From Seison nebaliae (Eukaryota), in NCBI GenBank assembly GCA_023231475.1, contig JALJEE010001544.1, forward strand, positions 124,001-164,218: a stretch of 40,218 bases of DNA. Reading direction: 5' to 3'. Below are positions 10,541 through 22,732 of this stretch, one piece after another. Positions within the stretch are counted from its first letter, which is position 1. Each line of letters begins with the position of its first letter. The position numbers and the translations under genes are program-made. The notes beneath the pieces were generated by a model, which was given only the letters and a program-made list of their open reading frames with translations, ran no database searches and was not told the origin of the DNA.

Positions 10541-12541
10541 TCAATTCCGTCTCTTCCTTCGTTTATACATGGCCAGAGAATCATAAATTATTATTTGGAG
10601 ATCTTCTCCGGAAATATCTTTAAAGTTCTGAAGGAATTGTAAAGATCAAATATGAAAATGGAAAATTGTGGAACTTGGAGAGACTTCAAGTTATTAGCAA
10701 AGTCATTTTCTTTCAATTCTTTTCCACGATGTCTACGAAGATAATGAAGAAGTATTATTAGAACATAATATTAACTTGATCATTCCAACACATAAACAAA
10801 TGAGTAATTGTCGAAGTTGATTGTTGGGTATAAATGCAAATAATAAATCCCAAATCCTTAAGATTTCAGGTAGATTAAATTCTTGTGCTCCCAATAAAAG
10901 TATCCATCGGAATGCGAAAAATTGCGATTTCAACATTTGTGTCGATAGGATGTTGGAAAGTTCATGTTGTTCTTCGAATAAAATCTGTTCCATTTCAGTC
11001 ATACTACTACGAATACCACCACAGACATTATCCATATTCTCGTCGAAGTTCTCTCGAATAATCGTCATGAGTTTGACAAAACACCAAAACGAATCTGGTT
11101 CAGCGAACTCTTTTTCTCATAAAAGAATTTTGTTAAATTCGAATGAAAAAAAACTTTTAGAATCTTTGTCTTTCGATGTCGCCATGACGTAATAGATCGG
11201 TCCTAAAATTTCATTCATTCCCTTGAAGAAATTCCAATTTAATTTTCTTAACAAAATTTCGAACAAACTAAACTTGAACATATCCGGTATGTAGAGACGA
11301 ATAAATGAAAAGAATTCTCTCAACCACTTCCCAATGTGCCTCATCTCCATTCATAAAACGACAATAATCGATATCGTCATCCAAATCGTTCGAATTCTGA
11401 TTTGGAATGAAATTATTCTAAAACATTTGTTGAGTTTTGAAAAAAGTTGTAAAAAAAATTTTTGAGTTTCCAAAAGTTCGCCAAAAATTATTTTCAGTTT
11501 TAAAATAATTGCCAAAATTTGGTTTGAATTTGTAAAAAATTTTTAAAATTATTTTTGATTTTTTAAAAAAATTCCAAAATTTTTTTTTGAGTTTTGAAAA
11601 AATAAGAAAAAAATTTCAAGTTTTGAATAAATTGAAGAAAAAATTCGGGAACTTTTAATAATCCTGAACGGTCTCGTTTCCTTTCGATCGTTTCAGCTTT
11701 ACCGGCTGCTATTCTCCCACTTAACTGAATGAGATGAGTGGAAATGTTCTCATCTGGATAAATGTCGTCCAAGAGAACTGTCAACGGGAATTCTGTTTGT
11801 TTCTGGAAGAAGGAGAACTCTGGAAATAATCGTCTGGTATCGATATCGATTTGTTGAAGAGTTTGATTGTCATCGAAATATTTGTTCCATTTACTCGTTG
11901 GTTGATTATTGAGTGGCTGGAATGAAGGAATGAAGAAGAATAATGTAACAAGGAGAACATGATCAGTTTTATGTTGATAAACATCGGAAATTTTTAAAGT
12001 TTCTTTTGCAAAATCGAAATATAATTTTCTTTTTCGATTTAATGTTTCTTCCCATTTGTCATGTTCGATGGGTAATAATCCGAAGAGTAACTGACAAATA
12101 ATTGTGAGAATAAAACAAATTGGAATTTAATTGATGAAAACTTTCCAAATGTAATGACGTTGATCCATTTCGTCGTTACATCCTTAAAAAGTTTTAAAGA
12201 ATTTTCTTTAGTTTATTTAACTTCAATTTAAAAAAAAGTTTACCTGCGATGGAATATTGTTGAACTTTCTCTAAATCGATTTGATTGTCTTCCTTCACTA
12301 ATTCTTCACATTTGAGATGTTTATAAGAATAATTAATTAAATTGTCAGGAATGGAGTTCTGATGATTTTTTTCGTGATTTGATGAAAAAGATGTGGATCG
12401 ATTAGGACGTCGATTTTTTTTGGAGGAGGAGATGTTGGTAGAGGAAGAGATGGAAATGGAATGGACGAAAGGAATATGTTGACGATAAATTTTTTTTGTT
12501 CGATCGGACAACGTATTCAATTTCGATTCAATCTTCTTCAT
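10541..12541 (-). CDS. TBC1D13: TBC-domain Rab GTPase-activating protein, TBC1D13-like (9 exons)
   Basis: DH|PLNNQPTSKWNKYFDDNQTLQQIDIDTRRLFPE, EAHWEVVERILFIY, GYVQ|GMNEILGPIYYV, AEPDSFWCF, FAFRWILLLGAQEFNLPEILRIWD. Introns 12183-12243, 12091-12141, 11917-11958, 11418-11652, 11222-11273, about 11110-11154, 10733-10775, 10628-10674. Confidence 0.88.
11426..11645. repeat. Degenerate ~30-bp AT-rich minisatellite inside TBC1D13 intron 4
   Basis: About 7 imperfect copies of a unit like TTTTTGAGTTTTGAAAAAA...AAAAA enlarge this intron to 235 nt. Confidence 0.6.
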
Positions 12542-13937
12542 CTTTCAATCGAATGAAAGATCTGCTTTGATTCACTTATTGAGAATTAATTTATAGTTCG
12601 TGTCCTTATCATGTGATTGGAATTGGTAGAATTATTTCCCATAACTATCTCAATTATCAGCTATTGATTTGAATGAAAGAAGAAGAATATTCACTTAGAG
12701 AATTGTTATAATCAAGTGAGAATATGAAGTTCTTGATGCTTCCAAATGTGAACTACATCCTCCTCCACTTCAACGAATATCAGCACAATTGAAATCAAAT
12801 GTTATTGTTAAGTAAACAGATTTCTTTATTATTGTCAATCACTCAATTTATTGACGAGCAATTTTTTCATTATTCTTCATAATTCTTATCATTGTCAATT
12901 GTTTACTCGTGTTCTAGAAAATAAAAATTCATTCGTTCCTTCTTTCCCATTCGTCGTTAGGCGACAGATCACAAAGTTCTAACAATTCAAAATTTTTAGG
13001 TACACAAAATTTTTAGAGCACAGTCAAAGTTTTACTCTCAAACTAAACGAACTAATCAGTTTAATATGTTTTTTAGCGTTTGATTTAGATTATATTTTTC
13101 TTAATTTGGAATTTTAAATATGATCCATTCCATATGATTTTTAAATGGTTTTTCTTTGTGAAAAAATTGGTATCTTATTAATTATATATTTATTCAATAT
13201 TGAAATACAACTATAGTACAGAAAACATCGGGATAATATCTAGCAATAGTTATTTACAAAAAAAAATAATAATATAATTATAAACAACAAGTAAGTACAA
13301 ATTTAAAATTTTGTAGGGAAACTGTTTTAAAATGAAATTGAATTATGATTGGAATATAAATTAAACGCGCAAAAATAGTTGAAATTTGTACATATAAAGG
13401 AAAAAACCGAAAATTTACTTCAGTTTATTCTAATCGCGACGAAAAAAATTCATTATTCTTCTACAATTATTTTGTGTAATGAATTACTAACAGAATATTG
13501 AGTGAATGAATCAGCGGAGATTTAAAAAACAAGTGAGGAAAAAAGGAGTCAAAAGCTTACTATAAAGAAACAGTTCATTTGGAAACATCCTGAAAGAATT
13601 GATGAAATTCGACAGTTCGTTCATTAGCAAAAAAGAAAATCAGGTAATATTTGGTCGCTAAGGAATAAACTAACGAATAGAAAATGTGGATATCTTCAAC
13701 TTCTCTATATATCTAAAGATGATTAAATTATTTATTTTTGTTTGTTTCTTTGATCAAAATTGATGATTTGTTTAAAAATAAATTTTACCGTTTAAAATTT
13801 AAAAAAAATTTTCATATAGAAATAAGACAAAAAAATAATCGATGGTGAGTTACGGGAAATTATAAGGGAATCCGCTTAATATTTCAAATAAAATCCTCTT
13901 CATTTATTGGAAATAATAAAATAAAAATAAAAATTGA

Positions 13938-13951
13938 GTTGGCATAGAAAC
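13938..13951. promoter_or_regulatory. Imperfect RFX X-box upstream of KIF3A
   Basis: GTTGGCATAGAAAC (one mismatch to GTHNYY-AT-RRNAAC), about 55 nt upstream of the ATG at 14006. Confidence 0.55.
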
Positions 13952-14005
13952 GAAGTAAACTTTTGAGTTTTCATATCTATTACCGTCATATTATAGTTAG
14001 CGGCG

Positions 14006-16573
14006 ATGCCTGATTCGAAAAATGATAACGTCAGAGTTGTAGTTCGATGTCGACCGATGAATAAAATGGAATCGGAAAAACATTATCCAGAAGTTGTTTC
14101 GGTTAGTGATGATTTAAATTTGGTGAATGTTGACGATTGTTTTAAGGTGGACGAAAATAGAAATGTGATAATGGTCCAACAGAATGCTAATGGAGAATCT
14201 AATCATAAGACGTTCACTTTCGATAATACTTTCGGACCTCAATCTCAGCAATTATCAATATACAATTTGGTTGCACGACCTATCGTCGTCGATACGGTCA
14301 ATGGATATAACGGTTTATTAAAATATTATCGATAAGAACAATAACAAATATATTTATTAACAGGGACTATATTTGCTTATGGTCAAACGGGAACGGGAAA
14401 AACATTTACGATGGAAGGTGATCGTTCCAAACCGGAATTGAGAGGAATCATACCTAATTCATTCGTTCATCTGTTTAAGGAAATCGAGGCGGCTAATGAA
14501 ACTGAAAAGTTCCTTCTTCAATTTAGTTTCTCACTATTCTAACAATCTTTAAAGGTTTCTTGTGAGAGTGAGTTACTTTGAGATTTACAATGAAGAGATT
14601 CGTGATCTTTTCACAAAGAATACGAAGGCGTTAGAAATTAAAGAATCTCCAGATAAAGGAGTTTATGTGAAAGATTTGATGGAGAAAACGGCAGAACATG
14701 TGAAAGGTTTGGAGGATGTGATGCAGGAAGGAAATAAAAACCGTTAGTTTCTCATCGAATTTAAATTAGATAATCAATGAGAATAGGAAGTGTTGGACGA
14801 ACTAACATGAATGAGACTTCGTCGAGATCTCATGCGATTTTCGGAATAAAAGTCGAAAGAGGTAAATACTCGTCGGGTGAATTACAAGCGAATCGGATTG
14901 GACGATTATATCTAGTCGATTTAGCTGGTTCTGAACGTCAAACTAAAACCGGAGCTACCGGAACGAGATTGACGGAAGCGACAAAAATCAATTTGTCTCT
15001 CTCCAATTTGGGAAATGTGATTTCTGCCTTGGTTGATGGTAAATCGTCCCATATTCCATACCGAAATTCGAAATTGACAAGAATTCTACAAGATGCTCTT
15101 GGTGGCAATTCGAAAACGGTCATGGTTAGTTTATTTATTCGAAATTCTCAAAAGTCGATTTCAAATTTTAGTGTGCGAATGTGGGACCGGCAAGTTTCAA
15201 TTTAGATGAAACTATGTCAACACTTCGATATGCTCATCGTGCTAAGAGTATTCAGAATCATGCACAGATTAATGAAGATCCAAAGGACGCCTTATTGAGA
15301 AAGTATCAAGATGAAATTAAGGAATTACAGAATCAACTAGCTGGTGAGAAACCGTATTTTTTAATTTAATTATTCTAAAATTCCGTAGCGGCTGGTGGTG
15401 ATATTGGGAGTGGTGACGTCATGCAAAAATCATTTGATGATGATGATGAGAGTGATGATGGTGATGAACATGTGCACAAAGGTAAAGGAAGAAAGAAATC
15501 AAGTTAAATACATTTCGTAAATTTCAAATATTTTAGAAAAAACGATTTTTTCTAGAGAAAGCCAAACCTCTGGTGATTAAAGAAATGAAGACGGATGAAC
15601 AGAGGAAAAAGATCGAAGAGAAATTAATAGCTACTGAAAGCGACAAATCAGCCGTTGCAGTAAAATTGAGAGAGAAAGAAAAAGCTATCCAAAAAGCGAA
15701 GTTCCTTCTATTTATCAGCCATTCCCATTCATTCCAATTCATTCCGATTAAGGTCGAAGTTGGATAATAGACAAAAATTATTGTCTCAACTCTTCATTGA
15801 TGGAGGTAGGAAATTGATGAAGAAGGAGAAGGAACAAGCGAAATTGATTGAGGAGAAGAATGAACAATTGGCGAGATTTCGTGGTCGTCAAGAGAAGTTG
15901 AAAGAAGAATTGAAAAAAAAAGAAGTTTTCTTCGCATACGAAATAAATGTGAATTAATTTAAAATTTTAGGAAGAAAAAAAAACAGCAACAAAAAAATTT
16001 TCTTCAGTTCGTGAAAAAATCGAAGAGAAGAAACAACGTGCAAAAACGTTGTATAATCAATATAAAGAATTGAAAGACCAGTATGAGGATTTGAAGAAAG
16101 ACCATGATAGAGAACGCGATGATTTGAGAGATTCTTTAACGTTAACAATCTATCAATTCTATCGATTTCAACTTTAATTTCTAGACAAATTCTGAAGGAT
16201 ATCGGTCAAAAGAAATTATTAATCGATACATATATTCCGACGGAATATCAGGATAGTATAATCGAACGAAGTTCATATCATGAAGAATCAGGCGAATGGC
16301 AAATAAAGTATATCGCTTATACAGGTGCTCAATTTAATTCGAATAATTTCAAATAAAATTTAAATTATTTTTCTAGGCAAAAATTATAAAGAAGTTGAAA
16401 ATGAAACTACATCGAAGGAACAAGACGAAGGATTTCACGATTGGTCAGGATTGTATCATACGTACGTGGATTCAAATAAAAAGAATGAAGAGTTTCTCGG
16501 TGCTATTCTAGCTAAACCATCAAACGGTTCATCGAACGACTCAAATACTGAAGATTCAAATGAATATTATTAA
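14006..16573 (+). CDS. KIF3A: Kinesin-2 motor subunit KIF3A (intraflagellar transport; 12 exons)
   Basis: [11 protein letters not shown]-loop [37 protein letters not shown], neck [14 protein letters not shown]3A-type tail [12 protein letters not shown]. Introns 14102-14146, 14313-14363, 14509-14554, 14743-14786, 15125-15171, 15344-15388, 15503-15555, 15701-15752, 15925-15970, 16141-16184, 16325-16376. Confidence 0.92.
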
Positions 16574-16703
16574 CTGATGTTTGAAGAATTCATTGAATAA
16601 CTTATTTTTATAATTTTTTTTAAGTAAATAATTCATATCAATTATAAGAAAATTTTGAAAAGATTATGAAATTTCTTAAATCGATTTTATTTTTTCTTCG
16701 GAT

Positions 16704-18292
16704 TTACTGTGGCAGCAAAGAACGATTTCTTCGAATTTGAACTACATCGATATTTGTTAAAGTTGAATTGAATTTAGACGAAGGAAACTTGAGACAGTAG
16801 ACACAGGAACATATTGGTAAGAGAAGACAAATGAGAGGAATTATCAGATTTGGAGCATCGGGTTTTTTCGCTTCCAGTTTGATGGAATGTAAACTCACCA
16901 TTATCATCGGTTTGTTGAAATAAGAGACTATAAATAAAAAAAAGTTTCTCAATTATGAATGTTTAACATGAATGACATTCTTCTGTACAAGGAAAATCGT
17001 CTCCCGTCAAGAGTTTCGTTTGTTCTTCAATCTCGGTCATAGGTACAATGAACGACGAAGAATCTTTTATTTTATGATTCAAGAGAATATATTGGATTGA
17101 TGACATGTTTGTAAGATAAGTATAATTAAGTTGTATCAGATGTTCTTCTTCTTTTTCTTCGACGAGAGCAGTTTTCAAAAAAATAGTAGGAGAACCATCG
17201 TGGAGAATGATTCCATATGCTCCAGCAACCGTATCTTTTAACTATCAACATTTCTCTCAAAAGACAAAAATTTCATAAACAATTAACGGTCGATTCATAA
17301 TCAGGAGATAACAAAGTAAAATTTAATGTAACTCGAACATACGCCGTTTGTGTGACAACAAAATATTGAGATTGATTAGAAAGTAGATGAATTGGTAAAA
17401 TCGGATTTTCACTTAATTAATTGATTTGAAGAATATGGATAAAAATGGAAAAAAAACTTTTTTTTTGTTTCTACCGATGTTAATTCCTAAATATTGTGAA
17501 AATTAGCAAGTAAAAATCTCGATAGAAAATACTATAAACTATCTCTCTATTTTCGTTATGTCTAATCGGTAAAGTTATTTTAATCACATATTTAGTAGGA
17601 CCATCATAATTATATTGTGATCTGGTGAATTTAAAAACAACATAACACGGTATAAACAAGGCTCCTTTTCGATTGATTATATGATCTATAAAATCAATAA
17701 AATCTTAAAGGAAATAAAGAAACGAATTGGGAAAGAATTAAAGAATGGAATTGGAGAGAATGATAAACATTTAGTTTTTATTCCTCTCCTTCCACGGAGT
17801 GCATAGAGAAAAGTTTGTAGTCTACTGAAGGGATTTTTTTTTCGGGAAACTACAATTGATGATTTCTTAACAGTGGAAGTCAAGATATACGGTTCATTTT
17901 CGTTCACATATTCCGTGTAGAAAACGAAATCACTTTGTTTCGGGAAATAAATGACAAATCTAAATTTCTCTAAATAATTCTCATAAATCCTCTAAATGTT
18001 TTAACCGATGTGTACACTCAGGTGTGGTTTGTGTATGAATAAATTTCGTTTGCTTATCTGATTGTTTTATTAGGAAAATTGTCGTTTCAAACGTATCCTT
18101 CAGAATAATGGAGGATGAGAGGAAAGTGATGTAAAAGGAAATTTGTCTTGTTGAATTTTGTTTTAGTTGAAATTCAAAGAAGAAACTTACAATAAACTCG
18201 TAATGAGTGTCATTAACAATTGTAATTGTAAGTGAAACGAAAATTAGAAATTTTGATTCTTCAATTAATCGAAACGAAATATCATTTTCCAA
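16704..18292 (-). CDS. Uncharacterised multi-exon protein with a C-terminal transmembrane segment (5' end unresolved)
   Basis: Six GTT..AG introns (17960-18005, 17686-17768, 17487-17539, 17412-17457, 17242-17287, 16928-16967) join the small ORFs into one open frame ending LIIPLICLLLPICSCVYCLK plus a short tail. No in-frame ATG was found at the 5' end. Confidence 0.6.
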
Positions 18293-18566
18293 TATTAATA
18301 TGATGAATGGGACATAAGATAATGATTTGATTATTAATCCTCAATATGTTGACAATTGTCGATTTTGGGAGTCATATTGAAAATTGAGTGGAGTTAGCAC
18401 GCTAAACAGTTGAAAAATGAGAAATGTTAAAGAAATTTCTAAGAATTCTCCCACTAGCCATGTGGAGAGTTGAGTGATATTTTCACTTAAATTTATTGCA
18501 ATTCACAAGAACATTTTCCTTTTTTTCTTACATAAATATTTGAGTAAAGCTTGTTTGTTGTTGAAC

Positions 18567-19565
18567 ATGCAACAATCACCTAATTCAGAAAGGAAAGCTA
18601 ACGATCACACGTTCACGGAAGAAGAATTGTGGTTATTGATTGATATAGTGTCGGATCATCCGATCGTCTGGGACGTTCGACTTGCCGAACATTCGAATCG
18701 AGAACTGAAAAATCGGGAATGGGATAAGATCGCTAAAGAACTAAATAGTTCAGTTTCAGTGAATGATATAATAAATAAAGTGAGGAATTTAAAAACTCAA
18801 TATAAGAGGGAGAGAAATAAGGAAATACAATCGTCGAAAGATGGCATAAAACGGAATGGTTGTTGGAAATATTATGAGAAAATGAAATTTCTAGAAGATG
18901 TCGTTCTCTTTCAACAATCTTCTAAATTGTTTCCTGATGAAAACAGTTCTTTCACTTCCGGTCAGAAACGACAATTGAGTCAAACAGATTTCCAATCAAA
19001 TATCTCCGAAGATGATCGAAAACGAGATCGACCTCAATTGACGTTGGAGAAGGAAAAACGGATCGAATTACTTTCGAATATTCTCGAATCAAATTATCTT
19101 TGCCAAGATGATACGACGGAGAAGAAGATCGAGAAAATTCACGAATGGAACGACGTTATCGAAAAGACGAAAATCTCAACGACACCAGAAGAAGCTCGTG
19201 AGTTTTTTTCAGAAATAATGAAAACTTTCCGATTAGAGTCTGATTTAATCAATAAAGATGAATATGATTTGTGTAATGAAATTAATGAAGTTTCTTTTTT
19301 AATTATTTTCATATTTTCCAAATATGTTTATTAGAAGAAAAAGAATCATAAAAAATATGAAGAACGATTAGCTACTTTGTCTGATATGACTGCATCTCAA
19401 GTTTTTGGAGCGTTCGTTGGAAAAATGATCGACGGTCTCCCCAAGAACAATCAAATGACACTTTGTGTCATCGTTCTCAGTATGATCAACGACGCACAAA
19501 GATTGCCAGTGGATAAACTAATTGAAAAATATGAGAAAATTCATTTGAGGAAACATCGAAAATGA
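18567..19565 (+). CDS. MADF (Myb/SANT-like) domain protein (2 exons)
   Basis: FTEEELWLLIDIVSDHPIVWD...KNREWDKIAKEL...KVRNLKTQYKRE...WKYYEKMKFL. Intron 19290-19334. Helical C-terminal module VFGAFVGKMIDGLP...VLSMINDAQ. Confidence 0.85.
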
Positions 19566-20154
19566 TTCTGCATTACAACTCGGAGGAAGTTCTCACTCCG
19601 ATGAATAAACAATAAATTTTATTTGTAATTTTCTTTTACTCAAATTATTCATAACGAAATAAAAAAGTTTTAATTTTTTCCACTTTTCAATTTTCTGATG
19701 AAACAAAAATATTTCTACCGGTAAATTCAAATTTACCAATTGGGAATGTTTTAGTTTTTCGAAGATGATTTTTTCAAAAATAAAAATATATTTTTTTTAC
19801 ATCAGCAACAACAATAATATCGTGTTCATATAATAAAATAGAAACATTTTATTTTTTTCTTTATTATTGGAAAAATAAATATAGATTTTTTTCATTAAAC
19901 AAAAATAATTTCATGCATTTTTCTTCAATTGATGATTGTTCGATGACAGATATCGATACAAAGTTTATGGTAATATTATTGATGGAAATAGCGTTTGGAA
20001 ACTGCTTAAATGAATTAGTGTTTTCTGGAGAAAGAATTGTTTTAAAGTAATTGGAAAAGAGATCTGTATTGGATTGGTGGAAAGAAGGAAAATTTTATTA
20101 TAAGAAAAATCATCGGCGAAACTAAAATAAAAAAGAATCGATTGGAGTAATCAA

Positions 20155-22290
20155 TCAACTAGTTGTGTTGATTGAAAATGGATTCTCAATAATTTTGTAA
20201 AAACTTTTGTTTCGATTCGTTCGTCTAGACGATAAGAGAGTCGTGGGTTCTCCGGACGATGTCGTTTGGTTCAATGTGATTCTGGTGAAACGAGTCTGAT
20301 TAGATGATGGTCTACGATCAGATATATGATGTTGATTGATTGGTTCTTCTTTCATTATCATCAATGAACTATTGTTGTTGGTGGGAGGATTTCTATAATG
20401 TTGTTGTTGTTGTTGCCTCCTGAGAAATGGTTCTAATGATTTTTGGATAACGGTAGAGATTTGATTTGGAAATTCTTTCAATTCTCGAACTGATTCACTT
20501 AAAAGTTTTGTTGATTCGATTCGTCTCTCATTCATTCGAATTTCTCTCATTTGTAATTCATCTAATGTTCTCAATTTCCTTTGTTCGATATCGGCAATGA
20601 TTCGAATTGAGTCGTTCATTCGTTTTTCAATTTCGCGCGTTTCATTTGCACAAATCGAATGCATATCATCCAATTTCATAAATAAGTTGACGAGTCGACT
20701 ATTGTGGAGTGAGAGGAGATCGATACAATCACCGTTATGACCACGAACTGTTGTTTTCTTATTTTCTTGTTGTCCAATTGAGAATTGTAATTGATTTCGT
20801 TGTGATGATGATGAAGTGATGGGATTATGAGATATGAAATTCTGTCGAGAATCATATTGATTCTGATGATTATTGAGATTCGGTTGAGATGAGAATTGTG
20901 AAATTTCACTCATCTGATTTGTTGATGATTGATATGAATTAGATTGATGATTCTGGAAATTAAATGACGACGATGAAGTTGATGTTATTGTTGTTGTTGT
21001 TGTTATCGATGATGCTTTCAATAAAGGAAAATCGATGGAATGATGTTGAGAGAGTTTATTCTTCTGATCATAAATCGATGAGGAGAATGTGGATGATGTT
21101 GTTAATGATAATTGATCGGATGGATGACAGAACAAATATCGATTATCAGAAATATTCATCGATTGATTTATATAATCATTTCTCATTCGATTACGATCGA
21201 TTAAATTATTTCCAATATCATTTGATCGATAAATATTCAAATCATCATTATCCTCTACTACCACATCAGATGCTGTCAAGTTGTTGAGAGTTTGTCCAGT
21301 TTGACGATAATTCTGGAAATTATTCTCAGGAATCGATGAATTAACTTGATTTTGATAATCTAATAAATTCTTTGGCATTCGTCTCTCCATCAAATTATTC
21401 GACAACATTTCAACGGAATTAGGTTGATATTTATAATGGTGCATTTGATGATCATTATTCCGATGGATTTTCACATCCTCCGTTGGTGGATAATTCATTA
21501 AATTATTGAACGATGATTTCATCAAAGAATTCTTCTCATTTTGACGTGGTCGATCGATGATATCGGATGATGTTCTGATTTTATTATTTAATGAATTTCC
21601 ATTCGATAAATTACCAGAAATCTTCTCGCTGTCGGAAGAATTGCGAAAATCGTCAGGGAACTCCAAAATATTTGAGGGTAATTTTCCATTACAGAGATTG
21701 TTGGAATTGGAATTAAAATTGAATTGAGACGTCGATGGTTGTCGATTATTAGAATAATTATCATACAAAATATCATCATCTGGATTACAATGTTTTTTCG
21801 ACGATAATGATTTATCATCATTTATCATATTCGTTCGTTTCCTCATTTCATTCATTGGTGGCAATTTTGATGGTTCTGGTAAATCGAAATTATTGAAATC
21901 ATTCGAATAATCGTCATTGGAAATGTAGTAATAGGAACTGTCATTTCCACCACCAATCATCGATGGTGGTGCCATGAGTTTATCATCAAAAAATGTTCCA
22001 CTATTCTCATCGATTACTTTCCTCCCATTCTTCAAATACATGACGTTCGTGGATGAATCGAAATTTGAATGTTTCGAATTTTTATTAAATAAATTATCTT
22101 GACGATATTGTTGTTGTTGATGATGATATAATTCAGAATTAGAATTCCGATCAAATGAATCATTTCCGTTCTTCTCATTTCCACAAATCATCGATGATGT
22201 CGATGATGTTGTTGTTGTGGTCGTTTTCGTCATTCTACATAACATTTCTGATTTTAATGATGAAATCGAATTGATTCTTGTCTTCTTCAT
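20155..22290 (-). CDS. N/Q/S-rich low-complexity protein with a C-terminal coiled coil, function unknown
   Basis: Uninterrupted 711-codon ORF with heptad-like ETREIEKRMNDSIRIIADIEQRKLRTLDELQMREIRMNERRIE. Possible GTT donors near the 3' end make the last exon uncertain. Confidence 0.65.
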   Translation of the reverse strand: MKKTRINSISSLKSEMLCRMTKTTTTTTSSTSSMICGNEKNGNDSFDRNSNSELYHHQQQQYRQDNLFNKNSKHSNFDSSTNVMYLKNGRKVIDENSGTFFDDKLMAPPSMIGGGNDSSYYYISNDDYSNDFNNFDLPEPSKLPPMNEMRKRTNMINDDKSLSSKKHCNPDDDILYDNYSNNRQPSTSQFNFNSNSNNLCNGKLPSNILEFPDDFRNSSDSEKISGNLSNGNSLNNKIRTSSDIIDRPRQNEKNSLMKSSFNNLMNYPPTEDVKIHRNNDHQMHHYKYQPNSVEMLSNNLMERRMPKNLLDYQNQVNSSIPENNFQNYRQTGQTLNNLTASDVVVEDNDDLNIYRSNDIGNNLIDRNRMRNDYINQSMNISDNRYLFCHPSDQLSLTTSSTFSSSIYDQKNKLSQHHSIDFPLLKASSITTTTTITSTSSSSFNFQNHQSNSYQSSTNQMSEISQFSSQPNLNNHQNQYDSRQNFISHNPITSSSSQRNQLQFSIGQQENKKTTVRGHNGDCIDLLSLHNSRLVNLFMKLDDMHSICANETREIEKRMNDSIRIIADIEQRKLRTLDELQMREIRMNERRIESTKLLSESVRELKEFPNQISTVIQKSLEPFLRRQQQQQHYRNPPTNNNSSLMIMKEEPINQHHISDRRPSSNQTRFTRITLNQTTSSGEPTTLLSSRRTNRNKSFYKIIENPFSINTTS

Positions 22291-22732
22291 CTCATCATCA
22301 TCATTTCAACATACCAATTCTTTGTTTACATAATATTATCGATGACGATGATGATGATGATAATTCGAAGTAATAAATTAGATAATTCCACAAATCAACT
22401 TCTCTCATTTCAAATTCATTTCAATTCGGTTTCTTTTTTCTACTAATCTCCTCCTAATCTAATTCGTCTTCACAATTTAATTCAGGTCAGAAAAATTGTT
22501 TTTCTTATTTCTCTAATTATCCAAATACTATTGTTGTTGTTAAATAATTTGAATTTTAATTCACTTTTACTCTCAAGCTAAACTTTTTATAATTTTCCAC
22601 AAATCTAATTTTACTCTTTTATTTCTTCAACTAGTTGACTTTCTTCTAATTCCACGACATTTTAATTACATTAATGATGATGTTCTTGTTGTTATTTTTG
22701 TTTTTTAAAAATAGTTCAAGATATTCTTATTG

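Noticed and set aside
12970..13900. Possible transposon remnant or small gene between TBC1D13 and KIF3A
   Set aside because: No terminal repeats, transposase fragments or spliceable ORF could be supported.
18567..19565. MADF gene as part of a PIF/Harbinger transposon
   Set aside because: No DDE transposase, terminal inverted repeats or target-site duplication seen nearby.
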